Source: Perna viridis (lineage: Eukaryota). From it: a DNA stretch of 64,000 bases. The stretch covers positions 21,514,001 through 21,578,000 of the forward strand of contig CM074516.1 in NCBI GenBank assembly GCA_037379345.1, read 5' to 3'. This document shows, one piece after another, positions 27,373 through 41,400 of the stretch. Each line of letters opens with the position of its first letter. The stretch's first letter is position 1. The notes under the pieces were generated by a model. The model was not told the origin of the DNA, ran no database searches, and was given only the letters and a program-made list of their open reading frames with translations. The position numbers and the translations under genes were made by a program.

Positions 27373-27739
27373 CAGGGTATGATGTGTTATGAACATTATC
27401 ATATTGGCAAGTTGATGAAAAGTCTACTTTCCTAAATTGAAATCTTCATGTAGGTTGTCCTTAAATATAGTAAAGGAATAAAATTTGATTGTCCTCCGGG
27501 CAAGTATAATTTAACTTTTACTTGTCCAATGTTAGTTTCACTTGTCAGGAGCAAAAGGTCATATTCTGATGAAAAATCTACCTACCCGTATTGAAATCAA
27601 GGTTGCCCTTTAGTAAATGAATTTTGAAAAAAAGAAAAAAAATAGTTGTCCTGCGGGCAAGAATAATTTTACTTTTACTTGTCTTAATGGTAGTTTCACG
27701 TGTCCTGGGCAATAAGACAACCTTTAATGTCTTACCCTG
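27373..27739. mobile_element. hAT-like MITE (CAGGG...CCCTG) with an internal ~60-bp direct repeat
   Basis: Termini CAGGGTATGA and TCTTACCCTG; TTGTCCT.CGGGCAAG unit at ~27489 and ~27646; no clean TSD. Confidence 0.4.
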
Positions 27740-29367
27740 GCATAATGGTATAGGTTAAAAGAAAATATGCATGTATTGTATCTATTCATATCAATATGTA
27801 TAAAGCTCTTTCATGCACTTATAAGGTTATACAAAATGTTGTATTATGTACGAATGTACATAATGAAAATAAAGCAGGGTACATATTGAACATTGTCTAT
27901 GTGCGGTATATGGAATTCTAGACATTCAGGACCCTAGACAGAGTAAATTGACACTGTACAAACTAAACTAAAAGAGTATTCCTCTAGCATGGCCAATGAA
28001 GAGGTTATTTAAATTTACCTCTGAATTAGAAACCATTGTTACTCTCCCCCTCCTGGACCTCAACAGTCATTGAAACACATTGAAAACCCCTAGTTAAAGA
28101 GATTATTCACAATATACATGTAAATTTGTACCATCATGAGTATTTCAGATGCTTGCCTAATGTACAGTAACAAGAGAGCATGAAGCATGTGACAAATTTC
28201 ACAACAGTGAATCCAGTCTCCTGGCACTTTAAGCTGATGCTCTACCAACTGAGTTTTAAGAGAGCTGCATGAAGCTTATGAAGTGTGGTATTTAAATATA
28301 CAAAAATGTACCTTTGTGAATCAGCTACACTACACTTTTACTATACATTTGGATATCATTAAGGGTGTTTATTGGTTTGGAAGGAGACAGGAGTCTGGCT
28401 ATCAGTTGCTCTGGTTTTTATTTTCGAAAGCAGGAATTCAATTTGATTTGCTATTTAAACTGCACCAGGAAATACAAATTTAATGAAATTTGTTTCAGAC
28501 ATGGACTTACATTGTTAAGTGTCATGGTATAATACTTCCTAAATATGCAAAATTTGGGTTGTTTCTTTATTGTGTGTGTAATTTATAGGTTTCACAATGA
28601 GTGAAATTTGAATATCACAAATTACTGTAACATCTCATGTTATTTAATTTCCAAGATCATAATAAACACACCTCTGAGGGAATAATGTAGCATGATTAGT
28701 GTAATATTCAACTTCAGTGAATTGTAAAACCATTTACTCTATGATTTCTTTGAATTCCTGTTGGTTGCTTGACATTCAACATCTACAGAATGTACCATCG
28801 CAGAGATTCTTGCCGTAGTCTGTCATTGATAGAGCTGAATATCATTAGAAATTTCACAATACATACAGTATTATTATATTTAGAAGCGATACCTTAGTAT
28901 CAAGATACTGTACATATTGCCTCTTACACAGCCTAAAACAGATATTAGAGGACAAAAAATGGGGGGCCAGGAACATGCATTTTCCTGGTGTCAATTAGTG
29001 AATGGATCTCTCCCAAGACTCAGCATCTGCATCTATACATATACATACTCTTCAACAACACTGTTGTTGAGATCTGTGTACATGTATGTCAAAGAAAAAA
29101 AAATGCAGATGATGAGAAGCTTGTGCATGTACATGTATATCAGAAAAACAACAATACTTGTTTATTACACCAAAGGGTTAAACTGCAGTGGACATATTCA
29201 TGATTTTACATTTTGTATTACTTAGCTAGACTTACTTGTAATATGTTTTTTTAGAATTTTTAAAAGGATTTTGTAATTGTCTTTTCTATCATCTAACTAG
29301 ATCTCATCTAACTGGATCTGCCCATTACCAGTGTTGTTTATACATCTTTAACTCTTGATTTTCAGGT

Positions 29368-29457
29368 ATGTGGAAAGCAACAGTAGGACAAAATGTGAAT
29401 GTGAATGCATCTAATGGAGCTGATGATGATGACTGGGAAACAGATGCAGATTTTGTG
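29368..29457 (+). CDS. CTTN: cortactin coding exon 1 (DDW motif)
   Basis: [30 protein letters not shown]; GTAAGG donor. Confidence 0.95.
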
Positions 29458-32400
29458 GTAAGGATCTTGGAAACTTTGACATGTTTGAAATTCATTGCAA
29501 AGAATTATGATCCCCTAAACAAATTTGTATGTGCTAAATGAGAATGACTGCTTTATAAACTTATCCGACTTTATTGTTTTAAACCAGAGCATACATTGTA
29601 CTTGTACATGTAAATGTGTATTATATTTCAAAGTTATCATTAAAGATTGATTATTGGGGTTTAACGGCCGAGCAGCAATATTTCAGCTATATCAGGCAAT
29701 GAACATGAAATGATAATGATAATGGAATGAAAAAAGGGAATGGAACACAAGGATAATAGGGTCACTAGAGAAAAAGAGGTCCTACTCCTATCGAATACCA
29801 CAGGAGGGTTCTTCAACATGCGAAGAATGTGGCATCTTTCCCAACACAGTGCACCACTATGGTTTGCGGTCAGGTTTTCTGTATGATAGTCTGGCAACAC
29901 CAGCATGTAATACGCCAGACCATTCCATCATCTGGAGCACACAACCCAGTTTCTCTGTGGACAAAGCGCCCTAGCCCCCGGCTAGGGTTCTGAACACTAT
30001 TTAGTCGCCTTGTACGACAAGCTTAGAGCTGCTGCAGCCTATTCTTTTGACACCTGGACCTGCACTGGGTGTTATCATTAAAGAAACAGATTCTTTCCCT
30101 TTATGCAAATGTAGCATTGATTACACTATGACAAAATGTGAAGGTGAATTCATTAATTGAAAATACAATGTAATGGTGACAACTGGGAAACAGGTGCTGA
30201 CTTTGAAAATCATGGTTAACATAAAAACCCACTTTTGCTTTGTACAAAATGGCAATTTCCATGTTTCATTGCTATCATAATTTTAATGGTGCGACAATAG
30301 GAAATATCCATCTTTTAGTGTTCCTATTTTTCACATTTTGGCCATGTATATGGATTCTATGGACTCTAAACCTATATTACATACCCTATATCACACCTCT
30401 TAACCTATATCACATATGATACCTTATATAACACCTCTAAACTTATACCACATACCCTATATAACACCTCTAAACCTATATCACATACCCGATATAACAC
30501 CTCTAAACCTATATCACATACCCTATATCACACCTCTTAACCTATACCACATACCCTATATAACACCTCTAAACCTATATCACATACCTTATATAACACC
30601 TCTAAACCTATATCACATACCCTATATAACACCTCTAAACCTATATCACACCTCTTAACCTATACCACATACCCTATATAACACCTCTAAACCTATATCA
30701 CACCCCTAGACCTATATCACATACCCTATATCACACCCCTAGATCAATATAACACCTCTAAACCTATATCACATACCCTATATCACACCCCTAGACCTAT
30801 ATCACATACCCTATATCACTTCTCTTTATGGACCATACTTGAAGTTTAGTGAAAATATATGATATAATGAACAGGACATGTCAAAATCTGAATCGTGTGG
30901 TATCAACACTCAACCTATATCACCCCGCAGGATTGTATCAGAGGTATCATCCTGTCAATACCAGGCACAGACAGATTGTATCACAAGTATCATCCTGTCA
31001 GTACCAGACACAGACAGATTGTATCACAAGTATCATCCTGTCAGTACCAGACAGACAGATTGTATCACAAGTGTCATCCTGTCAGTGCCAGACACAGACA
31101 GATTGTATCACAAGTGTCATCCTGTCACTACCAGGCACAGACAGATTGTATCACAAGTATCATCCTGTCACTACCAGGCACAGACAGGTTGTATCACAAG
31201 TATCATCCTGTCACTACCAGGTACAGACAGGTTGTATCACAAGTGTCATCCTGTCAGTGCCAGACACAGACAGATTGTATCACAAGTTTCATCCTGTCAC
31301 TACCAGACACAGACAGATTGTATCACAAGTATCATCCTGTCACTACCAGGCACAGACAGGTTGTATCACAAGTATCATCCTGTCAGTACCAGACAGACAG
31401 ATTGTATCACAAGTATCATCCTGTCAATACCAGGCACAGACAGATTGTATCAGAGGTATCATCCTGTCAGTACCAGACACATACAGATTGTATCACAAGT
31501 GTCATCCTGTCAGTATAAGGCTCAGGGTGATTCTGTTTATTATAACTTGATATTTTCCTTTTTTTTCAGAATGATGTCAGTGAACAGGATCAAAGATGGG
31601 GTGCTAAAACCATAGAAGGGTCAGGACATCAAGCCTCGCTTAAGTAAGACTATGTTACAATATACATGTTTAGTTTTTTTTACTACATGTATCTATTGAA
31701 ATTTGACTTTCAATTACATATAAAAAAAGGCAATGACTTACGAAATTGGAAAAGTCAAATGTATGATACTACAAGTTACAAGCAGTGATTTTTCTAGGCA
31801 TAGTCGTTTTAATCATTGACTAATCATTTTCTCAATTGACTAAAGCTTTGTCTGGGATTTTGACCCATCCTGGCGAAAACACTGTACAAGCTATTATGTT
31901 TGATATTCTATTTTTATCTCAATGTAACAGGGATTGAAAAACTACATTGCACTGTATATGGCTTCTTGCATGGTTGTCTTGTGGACATTTCTTCCATATA
32001 TCTATATCATGCTTTAAGGTGTATAATTGGATCTAATTTTAAACAGAAAATGTTCAGTAGTATTGCAGAAAAGATGGTATAGTAGTGATTGTCACTTCTG
32101 CATTGACAAATGTCAAAAAGGTTTATTAAAAAGGGACAAATTTTGCCATTGTAATTTTGTAGTTTAAAGGACTTGAGAAGTCAAGTGGCTGCTGATGATG
32201 AAAAGAAGAAAAAAGATGATTATGAGAAAGGTCCAAAGGCTTCAGAAGGATATGGAGGAAAATATGGTGTTATGAAGGATAGGATGGATAAAGTAATATT
32301 TTAGTTGCTTTGTTTGAGGAAAAAGTTGTCAATATAAAGAAGTAACAATAGAAATAACGGCTCAAATTTATAGCTCACCTTGACAAGAGGTCCCAGTGAG

Positions 32401-35400
32401 CTTATGCCATCACTTTGCATCTGTTGTCTATCGTCCATTGTCAGTAAACCATTCACATTTTCCTAAACTACATGAAAATCCCTTGACCAATTTTAACCAT
32501 ACTTTGCAGAAATGATGTTTGCAAGAGTTTCTACAGAAGATCCACTTGATTCCTTTTGATTAATTAAAATAGCACCAGAGGTCATCTAAGCTTTTGATTG
32601 TCAAATTTTCTAGATCATCACCTTGGAAACCTCTTCATACATGTAGATTTAATGACCTAAATGCCCCTACAAACAAACAACTTTTTGTATAGATCAGGTG
32701 GCTGCGGCCACTCAAAGTTGCAATTGAAACCCTATTGAGAAACACATTTTTGCCTATATCTTAGTTTTTACATAGCAGATGGTGACCAAACTTGGACAAA
32801 TTTAACATTGCTTAACATATGATATAATTTTGGTTCTTTAAACAAGATTGCCACTAGAGGTTACTTTTGCTTCTGATTGGCTAAGATCAACTCCTTTGTG
32901 TTAATGTTACAGAATTAGATAGGTATAATGACATCAATGCCCTCTACAAACAATCCACTTTATGTGTGGCTCAGATTCCTTAGCTGTTGGCTGTTACCAT
33001 TGAAACCCTGTTGGGAAGCATATTTGGTCCAATACCTCTGTCTTTACATGGCTCAGGTGGTTTAGTGGATGGCAGGAATGATGTAAATATAGGGAGCTCT
33101 CTAAACCTTAAGTGAGATGACCACATGATTTTAAATTCTCCTGGTGAGCAATTCAGAATCTTTAGAGCCTCTAGTTATTTTAAGTTATAGTCTTAGATTT
33201 TCATGAAATTATGTTTTATTCAAAGTGAAATGATAAATTCCTCAAAATGCTTCCTTTATAAATAAAATGTATCTGTTTTTATAACTAGTATTGGAAAGAA
33301 AGATATTCAATTTTCTCCTAGCATGATATTGAAATGTTAGACAATAACTTCAGAAAACCCCATTTTTGAATTCAGTAAATTGATATTTTTAGTTTGAATA
33401 AAAACCATCACACCATCTATTTGATTTTTTTATATTCCTTGTTTATAATTATTTAGTATTCAGAGTTATGCTTGATTGTTGAATGTGCCATAAAATATGT
33501 GTGCTTATGTTGTGCTATAGGGCTAAGGATACTTTGTGTGTAGTAATTTTGCTCTGCTGTGGCATTGAAATGGTCATTTTTTTAAAAGCAACCAGCCTTT
33601 ATGCTTAGAATGCCATTCCATTTAATCCCACTTGTGATTGATATTTAAGAAATATGAAAATGAATTAGTTTCACAATTAAGTATTGACAATAATGAATAT
33701 TTCAAAAGTTGAGTTGTTTAAGCATTTATAACATATCTATTTTATACAATCTGTATATATACTTGTGTAATTATGCCTTGTCTTTAAATTAGTCAAATAA
33801 TAAAATTTGCTCGCTCAGTCACAGAAAATGGCTGTATTATATCCATGAATGCTTCACTAGGACAAATGCTTGTGCTTTTATGTTTGTAAATAGACACAAG
33901 TGAAAAGAATGGACTTTAAAGTTAATTTCATGAAATCTTTCAGTTGAAAAAAATGATATATGTTGAATGAAGAAAAAAGTTCAATGGTGGGTTGTAGCCC
34001 CTTTTTCAGCTTTCGTCGACTGTGACAAAATAGAACAATCAAAAAGGAAGTAAAAACAAGTATCAGAAACATTAGTTCTATGTTATTTTTTAAAACATGA
34101 ATTAGTTATTCCAGATATATATGACATTGACCTTGGCATTGTTAATAAGTTTTCTTTTAATTTGAGTTCACTTCAAATAGAAAATTGAATGAGAACACAA
34201 ATATTTTTAAAAGTATTAAATTGTTTGTTTATTAAGTATAAAAATCTCCAAGCTTAAATATGGTGAATCCTAATTTTAGGACCTATGACACTAATAAAGG
34301 GAGATAATTTATTGGAAGTGCTATTACTTACATGTAATGTATGTTTTCTGATATGAAAGTGGAAATTTAAATAGACTAAATTATTTTCATTCATCATGTA
34401 TTAAGTAATCTCCCTTTATAAAATGATGGTATTGAAGTACCAATTTATATAAAACTCCTCATACACTGCTAATGGTGTGGATGATACAAAGTGCAGAAAT
34501 CCCATTGAACAAACAGTGCTTTTTAGGGCTACCGGTACATAACTATAGCCCTTTTTTTTTATTAGATCTATATTTTGGAGAAATGAGCAACCTACTTCGT
34601 ATTGATGTGATGAATGACTATTAGGTTACTGCTGTGTAGTGCTAGTAGGGCTTTTAATACTATAATCCTTGTTATTCCCATCTAGTCAGCTGTTGGCCAT
34701 GATTATCATGCAGATTTATCTAAACATGCCAGTCAAACAGATGCTGCAAAAGGATTCGGTGGAAAATATGGCGTTCAGAAAGACAGGAAAGATCAAGTAA
34801 GATGAACAGACCCTGTGCGCAAGAATCTTGTATTCTGTGGTCAATTTCACAAAAATCATAAGTGTAAGATTAGTTGTAAGTTATGACATAGTAACACTTT
34901 GATCTTTTATGACATCAGAACTTACGACTAGTTTACACTTACGTTTTTTTTTTTTGTGAAAAGGACTGCAGATCATTAAAGCTGTTGCAAGATGTTTTAA
35001 CAGAACAGAATGTGTATATTCTGAGTCCTTAATAATGTCATCTGCATACCAGGCTAATCCATCTTCTATCCTATATCTTTAAATAAAATCTGTATGGAAA
35101 AGAATTTAGAATGAATTAATATACTGAGCATTTGACAATAAGTTTTAGTTTCTTTTTGCATGTAGTATTTTGACCTTTGATTTCTTTGTTGAAAGAGATA
35201 AAATATGAGCCACTAATACTGATAAAAGACTTAAACATTGATGTTATGAAACATCATGATGAAAAAAAATATGAAGTTTATTAACCCCTTGTAGAAAAAT
35301 GTTTTCCTGTGAAAAATAGCTAAATTGTTCCAGAGGCAATTAGCTGATTTGGGGTTGGGGGTTTATAAGTGTAAACTGTTGTTTAACTTGTTAAGAAATT

Positions 35401-38400
35401 TGAAACATTCCTTTTGACTAAATCTTTCATGCACTCCAGTCAAAATGTATAATTGATTTGTAATCAAAACATTATTTTGTTTGGGATTATTTAAATCACA
35501 GAGTTTTGGCCAATAGATGGTAGTGACATCACAGTTCTTGTATAACTTGGTTTACTCAAATAAAACAAACCAATCAGAAAGCTTATTACAAATCAATTTT
35601 TTTTTTCATTCACAGAAAATAAACATTTTTATGAGTATGACAAATGGAATTATTTGAAAGAATGTTTTTTATCCATCATGGTTTATGATACATGTACATT
35701 GTAGTTACACAGCTACTACTTGTGGAAGAGCTATGCCTGACTGTTAATCAATCAATACTGTAAACTAAATGATTATTTTCGCCAGCTATTTATTTCAGCT
35801 TATATCTGAAGGTAGAAAAATGTCATGAAAGACAAATCATTTGGAAAAGGACCCTTCAGTAAGGAAGAAATGTTATGCAGTTTTAAAGTGCAAAAATAAA
35901 TGATAATAAAATTTAATTGATTTCTTTAAATATAAAGATAAGTTCCTGTGAAAATAAGTTGGCTTACAGTAATACTAATAGGAAAAGATCGAATATGGCA
36001 AAAGTAGCATGAAACATAAAATGCAACAGCATATATCCTAAATACCAAATAGTAAATACTTTCATTGATCACCAAAAGGTGTTCAATTAGTGTAAACACA
36101 CCTTTAAGTAAGCTCTTTGAAGGCCCTGACAATGAAGTTTCTAAATCCATGGCAACTGAACAACGATTTTTTTAATAGATATATTATTATCAGTGTAAAA
36201 GGTAATTTAGATGCTAGATGAGTGGATGCTGTTTGAATACCGGTAACCAGCGAGTGATTTTGCAGTGTTACTTCATTATTAACCTGAGCATGCATAGTTA
36301 AAAGCATCTTGATTTGTATCCAGTACTACTTAATGGAATGATTATTATTTTTTTAGAAATCATGTTGAAGTTAGGCCTATTTTACACTGTGAAAAAATAC
36401 TATGAAATTTTGTGAATATTCTGTTTTAAAATTTGACTGTAACATATTAACCTTATTCTGATCAATTTCAGAGATAATTCATGTAAAAATCAGGCAAGTC
36501 ATGTGACACGGGTGGCCTACATAATTTTTTTCCCACTGAATTTTGTTTTATGAGGGAAAGTTACTGAATCAAGATACACATTGGACTGATCACATGAGTT
36601 GATTTTGTCTTAAACCTGATATTTTTTTTTAATTATAGAATGCTGTTGGATATGATTATGAAGGAAAAACAGACAAACATGCTTCACAGAAAGGTTAGCT
36701 GATTATATAATGTACACAAAACTCTTTAAGCTTTTGTTTGGTAAGGGTGTCCTAGCGTACATATAATCATAGGTACACATTCTTATTGTGTACTTTAAAT
36801 GTATTAATTTCCGCGGCATACTAGTTTATCCTATTTGGGCAGTGGCCAGATAACTGCAAAATATTGTACCCAAGAGATGTACATCTAACACTTATGTAAC
36901 ATAAATCATTTCTCAAAAGCTTGAAAGCTGATGCCTGCTAATATTTTCACTTGATAGAATCACAAAAAAAGCAACCTTGAAAATTAATGTCTTTACATGA
37001 TGTGTTCTTTTTAAAATCGATAATTTTGGCATTACTTTATCATACATGTATATATGTCGCTGTTTTATTAATATGTTTCATAATTATGAAGTTTTAGATA
37101 ATGAAGAAGTTGTCTATAATGATTCACTGTGATATGAACTTCATCAAGTTCAAATGGATGAAATTTACACAGTATTACTTAGTGAATGTATATTTGGTTA
37201 AGTTATAATTTCTTCTGAAAGAATAAAAATAATTATGCCATGTAAAATTACGTTGCTTAACACTAATTTTGCTGTGACAAACTTATCTGGACTGAATTAC
37301 ATTGTATTACATATTTTAGATTATTCATCTGGTTTTGGTGGTAAATATGGTGTACAGAAAGACAGAGTTGATAAATCAGCTGTAGGCTGGGACCACGTAG
37401 AAAAAATTGACAAACATGAATCACAAAAAGGTTTGTCTATAAGTTGAGGACAATATATCATACCTCAGAATGTAAAAAGTTGACTTATTTGTGAGGTCAT
37501 AGACTTCTATGACTGATTTCAGCACTAAAAACTTTTGGTTATTATGCTTTAAGGAGGTAGACCTATGGTAAGGGACATAACTCATGAAATCAGTGATATG
37601 TTTGTATCTCATTCAATTTCACTAAAGTCTTTCAAGCTTTCATTTGAAACAGACTGAAATCAGTCCAAGTTACTTTGATGCTTACATGAGATTGTTGTAA
37701 AATGGTGAATACAAGCGTTCCAATGATTTTTTAAGAGTTGTGTCCCTTACCCTAGGTCTACCTCCTTAAGGGCAATTTTATCTCCTTTATTTTTAAACTA
37801 TAAGAGCTTTGTGCTTTGCCAGTAAGTATTATACTTTTTTACCTTGTCTTATGATGGGGTTGATTACGTAAACATCCTCTTTTCATGATCCACTTCTTCT
37901 GTGGCTCAGGTGGCTTAATGAACAACAGCAGTAGGTCAGAGTTGCTATTGAAAGCCTTATGGGCAACATATTTTGGCATATATTTTTAGAGGTTATAGAG
38001 GAGTAATTTCTCATAACCATAATCAATAAAAAAATAACATTTGACCTTAGAAGCTTTTAGAGCCTAATTGAAGTCAGACATGAAGTTAACTAGTAATACA
38101 GAGTAATAATCTTTACTAGTTTCTTATCTTTAACAAAAACAAAATGTTCAAAGTAAGTCATGGCTTAAAATTTTGTCAAAATGCTTTATTTCTGGCTTTT
38201 GACCTTTATAAAGATAACTCAAACTGCTCTAGTCCTGTATGTCATTTAATCAAATACAGTTGGTCTAATAAAAATATCTTTAAAATGAATGATATTATAA
38301 CCGATGCTCAAATTCTGGTCAAATTCTTTTCTTGTGTCAAATATTTAATTGCAATCAAAATTCAAGGCTATATCAAGCTTGAATGGTGTGTTCATACTTG

Positions 38401-41400
38401 CCCAACCTGTACAGGCTTCGACCTATGTGGTCATATCTAGCTGCACCATATGAAGCCTTTTATTTGCTTTATAAAAAGTGATATGAATAATAAAGTATAC
38501 TTTGTATGATAAAAATAGCTATAAAATATATGGTGCTATAACTGATGCTATTCAGTTATTTTACTTGTTTAGAACAGATTGTTTTTTTAATTTTTTTGCA
38601 ACAAGTATACTTTCTAATTTATTTTTAATTCAAAAAATTAGCTTGCACTTTTTACTTGTCTAGAACAGATTGTTTTTTTAATTTTTTTGCAACAAGTATA
38701 CTTTCTAATTTATTTTTAATTCAAAAAATTAGCTTGCACTTTTTACTTGTTAGCAATAACTGCCTGTTTTCAGACTATTCCAAAGGTTTTGGGGGTAAAT
38801 ATGGGGTACAGACAGACAGAAAAGATCAAAGTGCTGTAGGTTGGGACCATCAGGAGAAAGTTGAAAAACACGAGTCACAGAAAGGTAGGAAGATTACCCA
38901 ATCCTGTTGGTGTTTTAGCCCCAGGCCAGAGTGCCACAAATATTTAATTGGTGGTGAAACAAATACAGTTTGAACATTATAAAATCTATTGATTTAGATG
39001 AAGGTTTAAACTCATAATCATATTTATAAAGTGACATTGGGTTTGATTGCAACAAAAGAAAATGTGCATATTGTTATTTTTTAGGCATGAACATTATATT
39101 AAAAGTTATTTCTACAAAGCTATTGATTGTGATGTAGTAAGATCTAAAAATAACCTAGCTATACTAAATCTTTCAAGCTCCATTTTAAGTACTGACCTTT
39201 CATGAGGCCATTTGCCCTATTATACTTGTACTACATCATATATGTTTTTAGTCCAGTTCATGTTTTAACAAAAATATATAACCATGTGATAACCATTTAA
39301 TTTTTTTTCATACCTCCCGCAGAGGTATGTAGTGGTCGTGGTGTCTGTTCGTCCGTCCATCCGTCCACTACTTCTTTGTTACAATAGTCTCTGCCACTCT
39401 AATCACTGCCACTTGATACTATATATGCCACATTGTGGGCTTTGATTTTAGACTGAAGCAACTTCCTGCTTAATGACTATGCTCATAGTTTTTCTAGCTT
39501 TGTATTCTAAGCATTTCTTCCATTTAATTTTTTTTTTACAATTTGAAATAAGCTTGCCTGCTGGTAAATATTTGTCAACTTTCGAATTACACCATATTTT
39601 GCTGTTTGAAAAAAAAAAAAACTTAAAAATTACAAATTAAGTTACTTTAACACTTATATAATTGAAATAACTTTATTTACTAAGAATGATAAAGCTGGTT
39701 ATAATCGATTTTTAAAGTGGTTATGTTACTTTCATTTTCTATGTCTTCTTAATTTTCTTCAACAAGTCCTTGAATTTTAAAGAATTTCTAATCTTGAGAC
39801 TGAGAACAAGATGTTCAGGTATTTTTTTTGATTGTAATAGAAAAAAACAATGTTCGTTTCAAATTGCCAGATTATGGTTGAACATACTATGTACAAAAAG
39901 TATTAGTATCCAATAAGCCCTAGACTTGCTATACGAAAAAGTTTATTGATTGCATGTATCCCTCTGATAGCAAGTCTACTAATTATTACACATAAAGTAG
40001 TAGTAATGTTATCAGAGAGGTTTATTACACAGATTTTATGTGTCTTGTATATAATAAAGAGGCACTTTTAGCAAGTCTAAATAAGCCCATATTTTCTCTC
40101 TTTATACTCTTTTTTTTTTAGTTCAGATAACTATTGCCACAGATATTGAAATGACAAGTTAATCACATATGATAACATATAATTATATATATATAAATAC
40201 ATTTATACTGTTCTTGATTCAGTTTTGTCACAATAAGTTGTTTACATTGTATATCATGTTTTATTGCTGACAGATGTTCACAAAATACTTGTAATTAATT
40301 AAGTGGAAAGGACCTTTGTAAGTTGTTATGACTTATGTCCAATCTAATAGCCTATAAATTTAGCAATAAGATATGTTTTAACTAAAACTAAACTAAACCT
40401 ATGTTTTAAAAAAAGTTTGAATTTGAAAGACATTTTTCTGCATGATTTTTATATTTTAACAGATTTTCACTGAACACTTTTTTCTACTTATTTTCTGTTC
40501 TGTGTCTGACTGTCTGTGAATGTATTTATATCTTTGCATGTTTTCAGACTATTCTAAAGGATTCGGGGGTAAATATGGGGTACAATCTGATCGAGTGGAT
40601 AAATCGGCCGTGGGATATGATCACCAGGAAAAATTAGGAAAGCATGAATCACAGCAAGGTAAAGTACTCAGTTTCTGCAGATAATGGGAATTAGATTTTG
40701 TAATTTTGGAGGTGGACAAAAACGCGAAGCACAAAAAGTATATCCCATGGAATTCATATTTTACATTTTGAAACACTAATTATTTTTAATGTGCCAGCTA
40801 GAGTCCACCAAAATTAGCAACTGCGAAATGTATTATTGTTAACTGTATGCATTGAGTTTGGTCCATTTGATGTATGTAATAGCTGTAGCAGAAAAGCAAT
40901 TTTTTACCCCTGGTTTGGGAAATGCTTTGTTTTAAACAATACTTATTAGGTTATTTATTAATGGGTGCTTAAGACATGTAGCCTTAAAAAGTTGGTGGAT
41001 GATACTAATACCCCCTTTTTCAGATGAATATGAAGTTCTCACATCTTTTGTAAAATGGGATTGAGATAAATGTTTGAAGTAAAAATACAAAATTTGGCAG
41101 AGTACATAAGCATGATAAGCCAAGTGCATGAACTGGTTGCAGGTATTAACTAAATTCATAATCCTTCACTGATTTTATCTGTATTATCAGGATTTCAGCC
41201 ACTTTCCTCTATAATGAGTGTCACGGTGTTTATGAACTTAAAAAATGCACAGGGAACAAACAAGGCTAAGAAGGATAACTTATATAAACAAAAAATTTCT
41301 AAAAGTCAAGTGGTTGCAGGGATTAACTGAATTTATAATCGTTTACTGATTTGAACTGTATTTCTCAGGAATGTAAATTTTCTCATTTCATTATTAAAGA

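Noticed and set aside
28205-28255. tRNA gene on the minus strand (CTCAGTTGGTAGAGCA...)
   Set aside because: A-box-like only, with a degenerate B box and no cloverleaf; at best a SINE head relic. A similar relic lies near 26950-27060.
30416-30658. ([11 protein letters not shown])n repeat protein
   Set aside because: Translation of the 33-bp minisatellite; no splice or coding context.
30929-31515. CRISPR-like repeat array
   Set aside because: Units are contiguous with no unique spacers, there are no cas genes, and the context is a eukaryotic intron.
30849-31615. Three overlapping 207-245 aa ORFs
   Set aside because: Artefact of a stop-free 43-bp minisatellite cycling through frames inside a cortactin intron.
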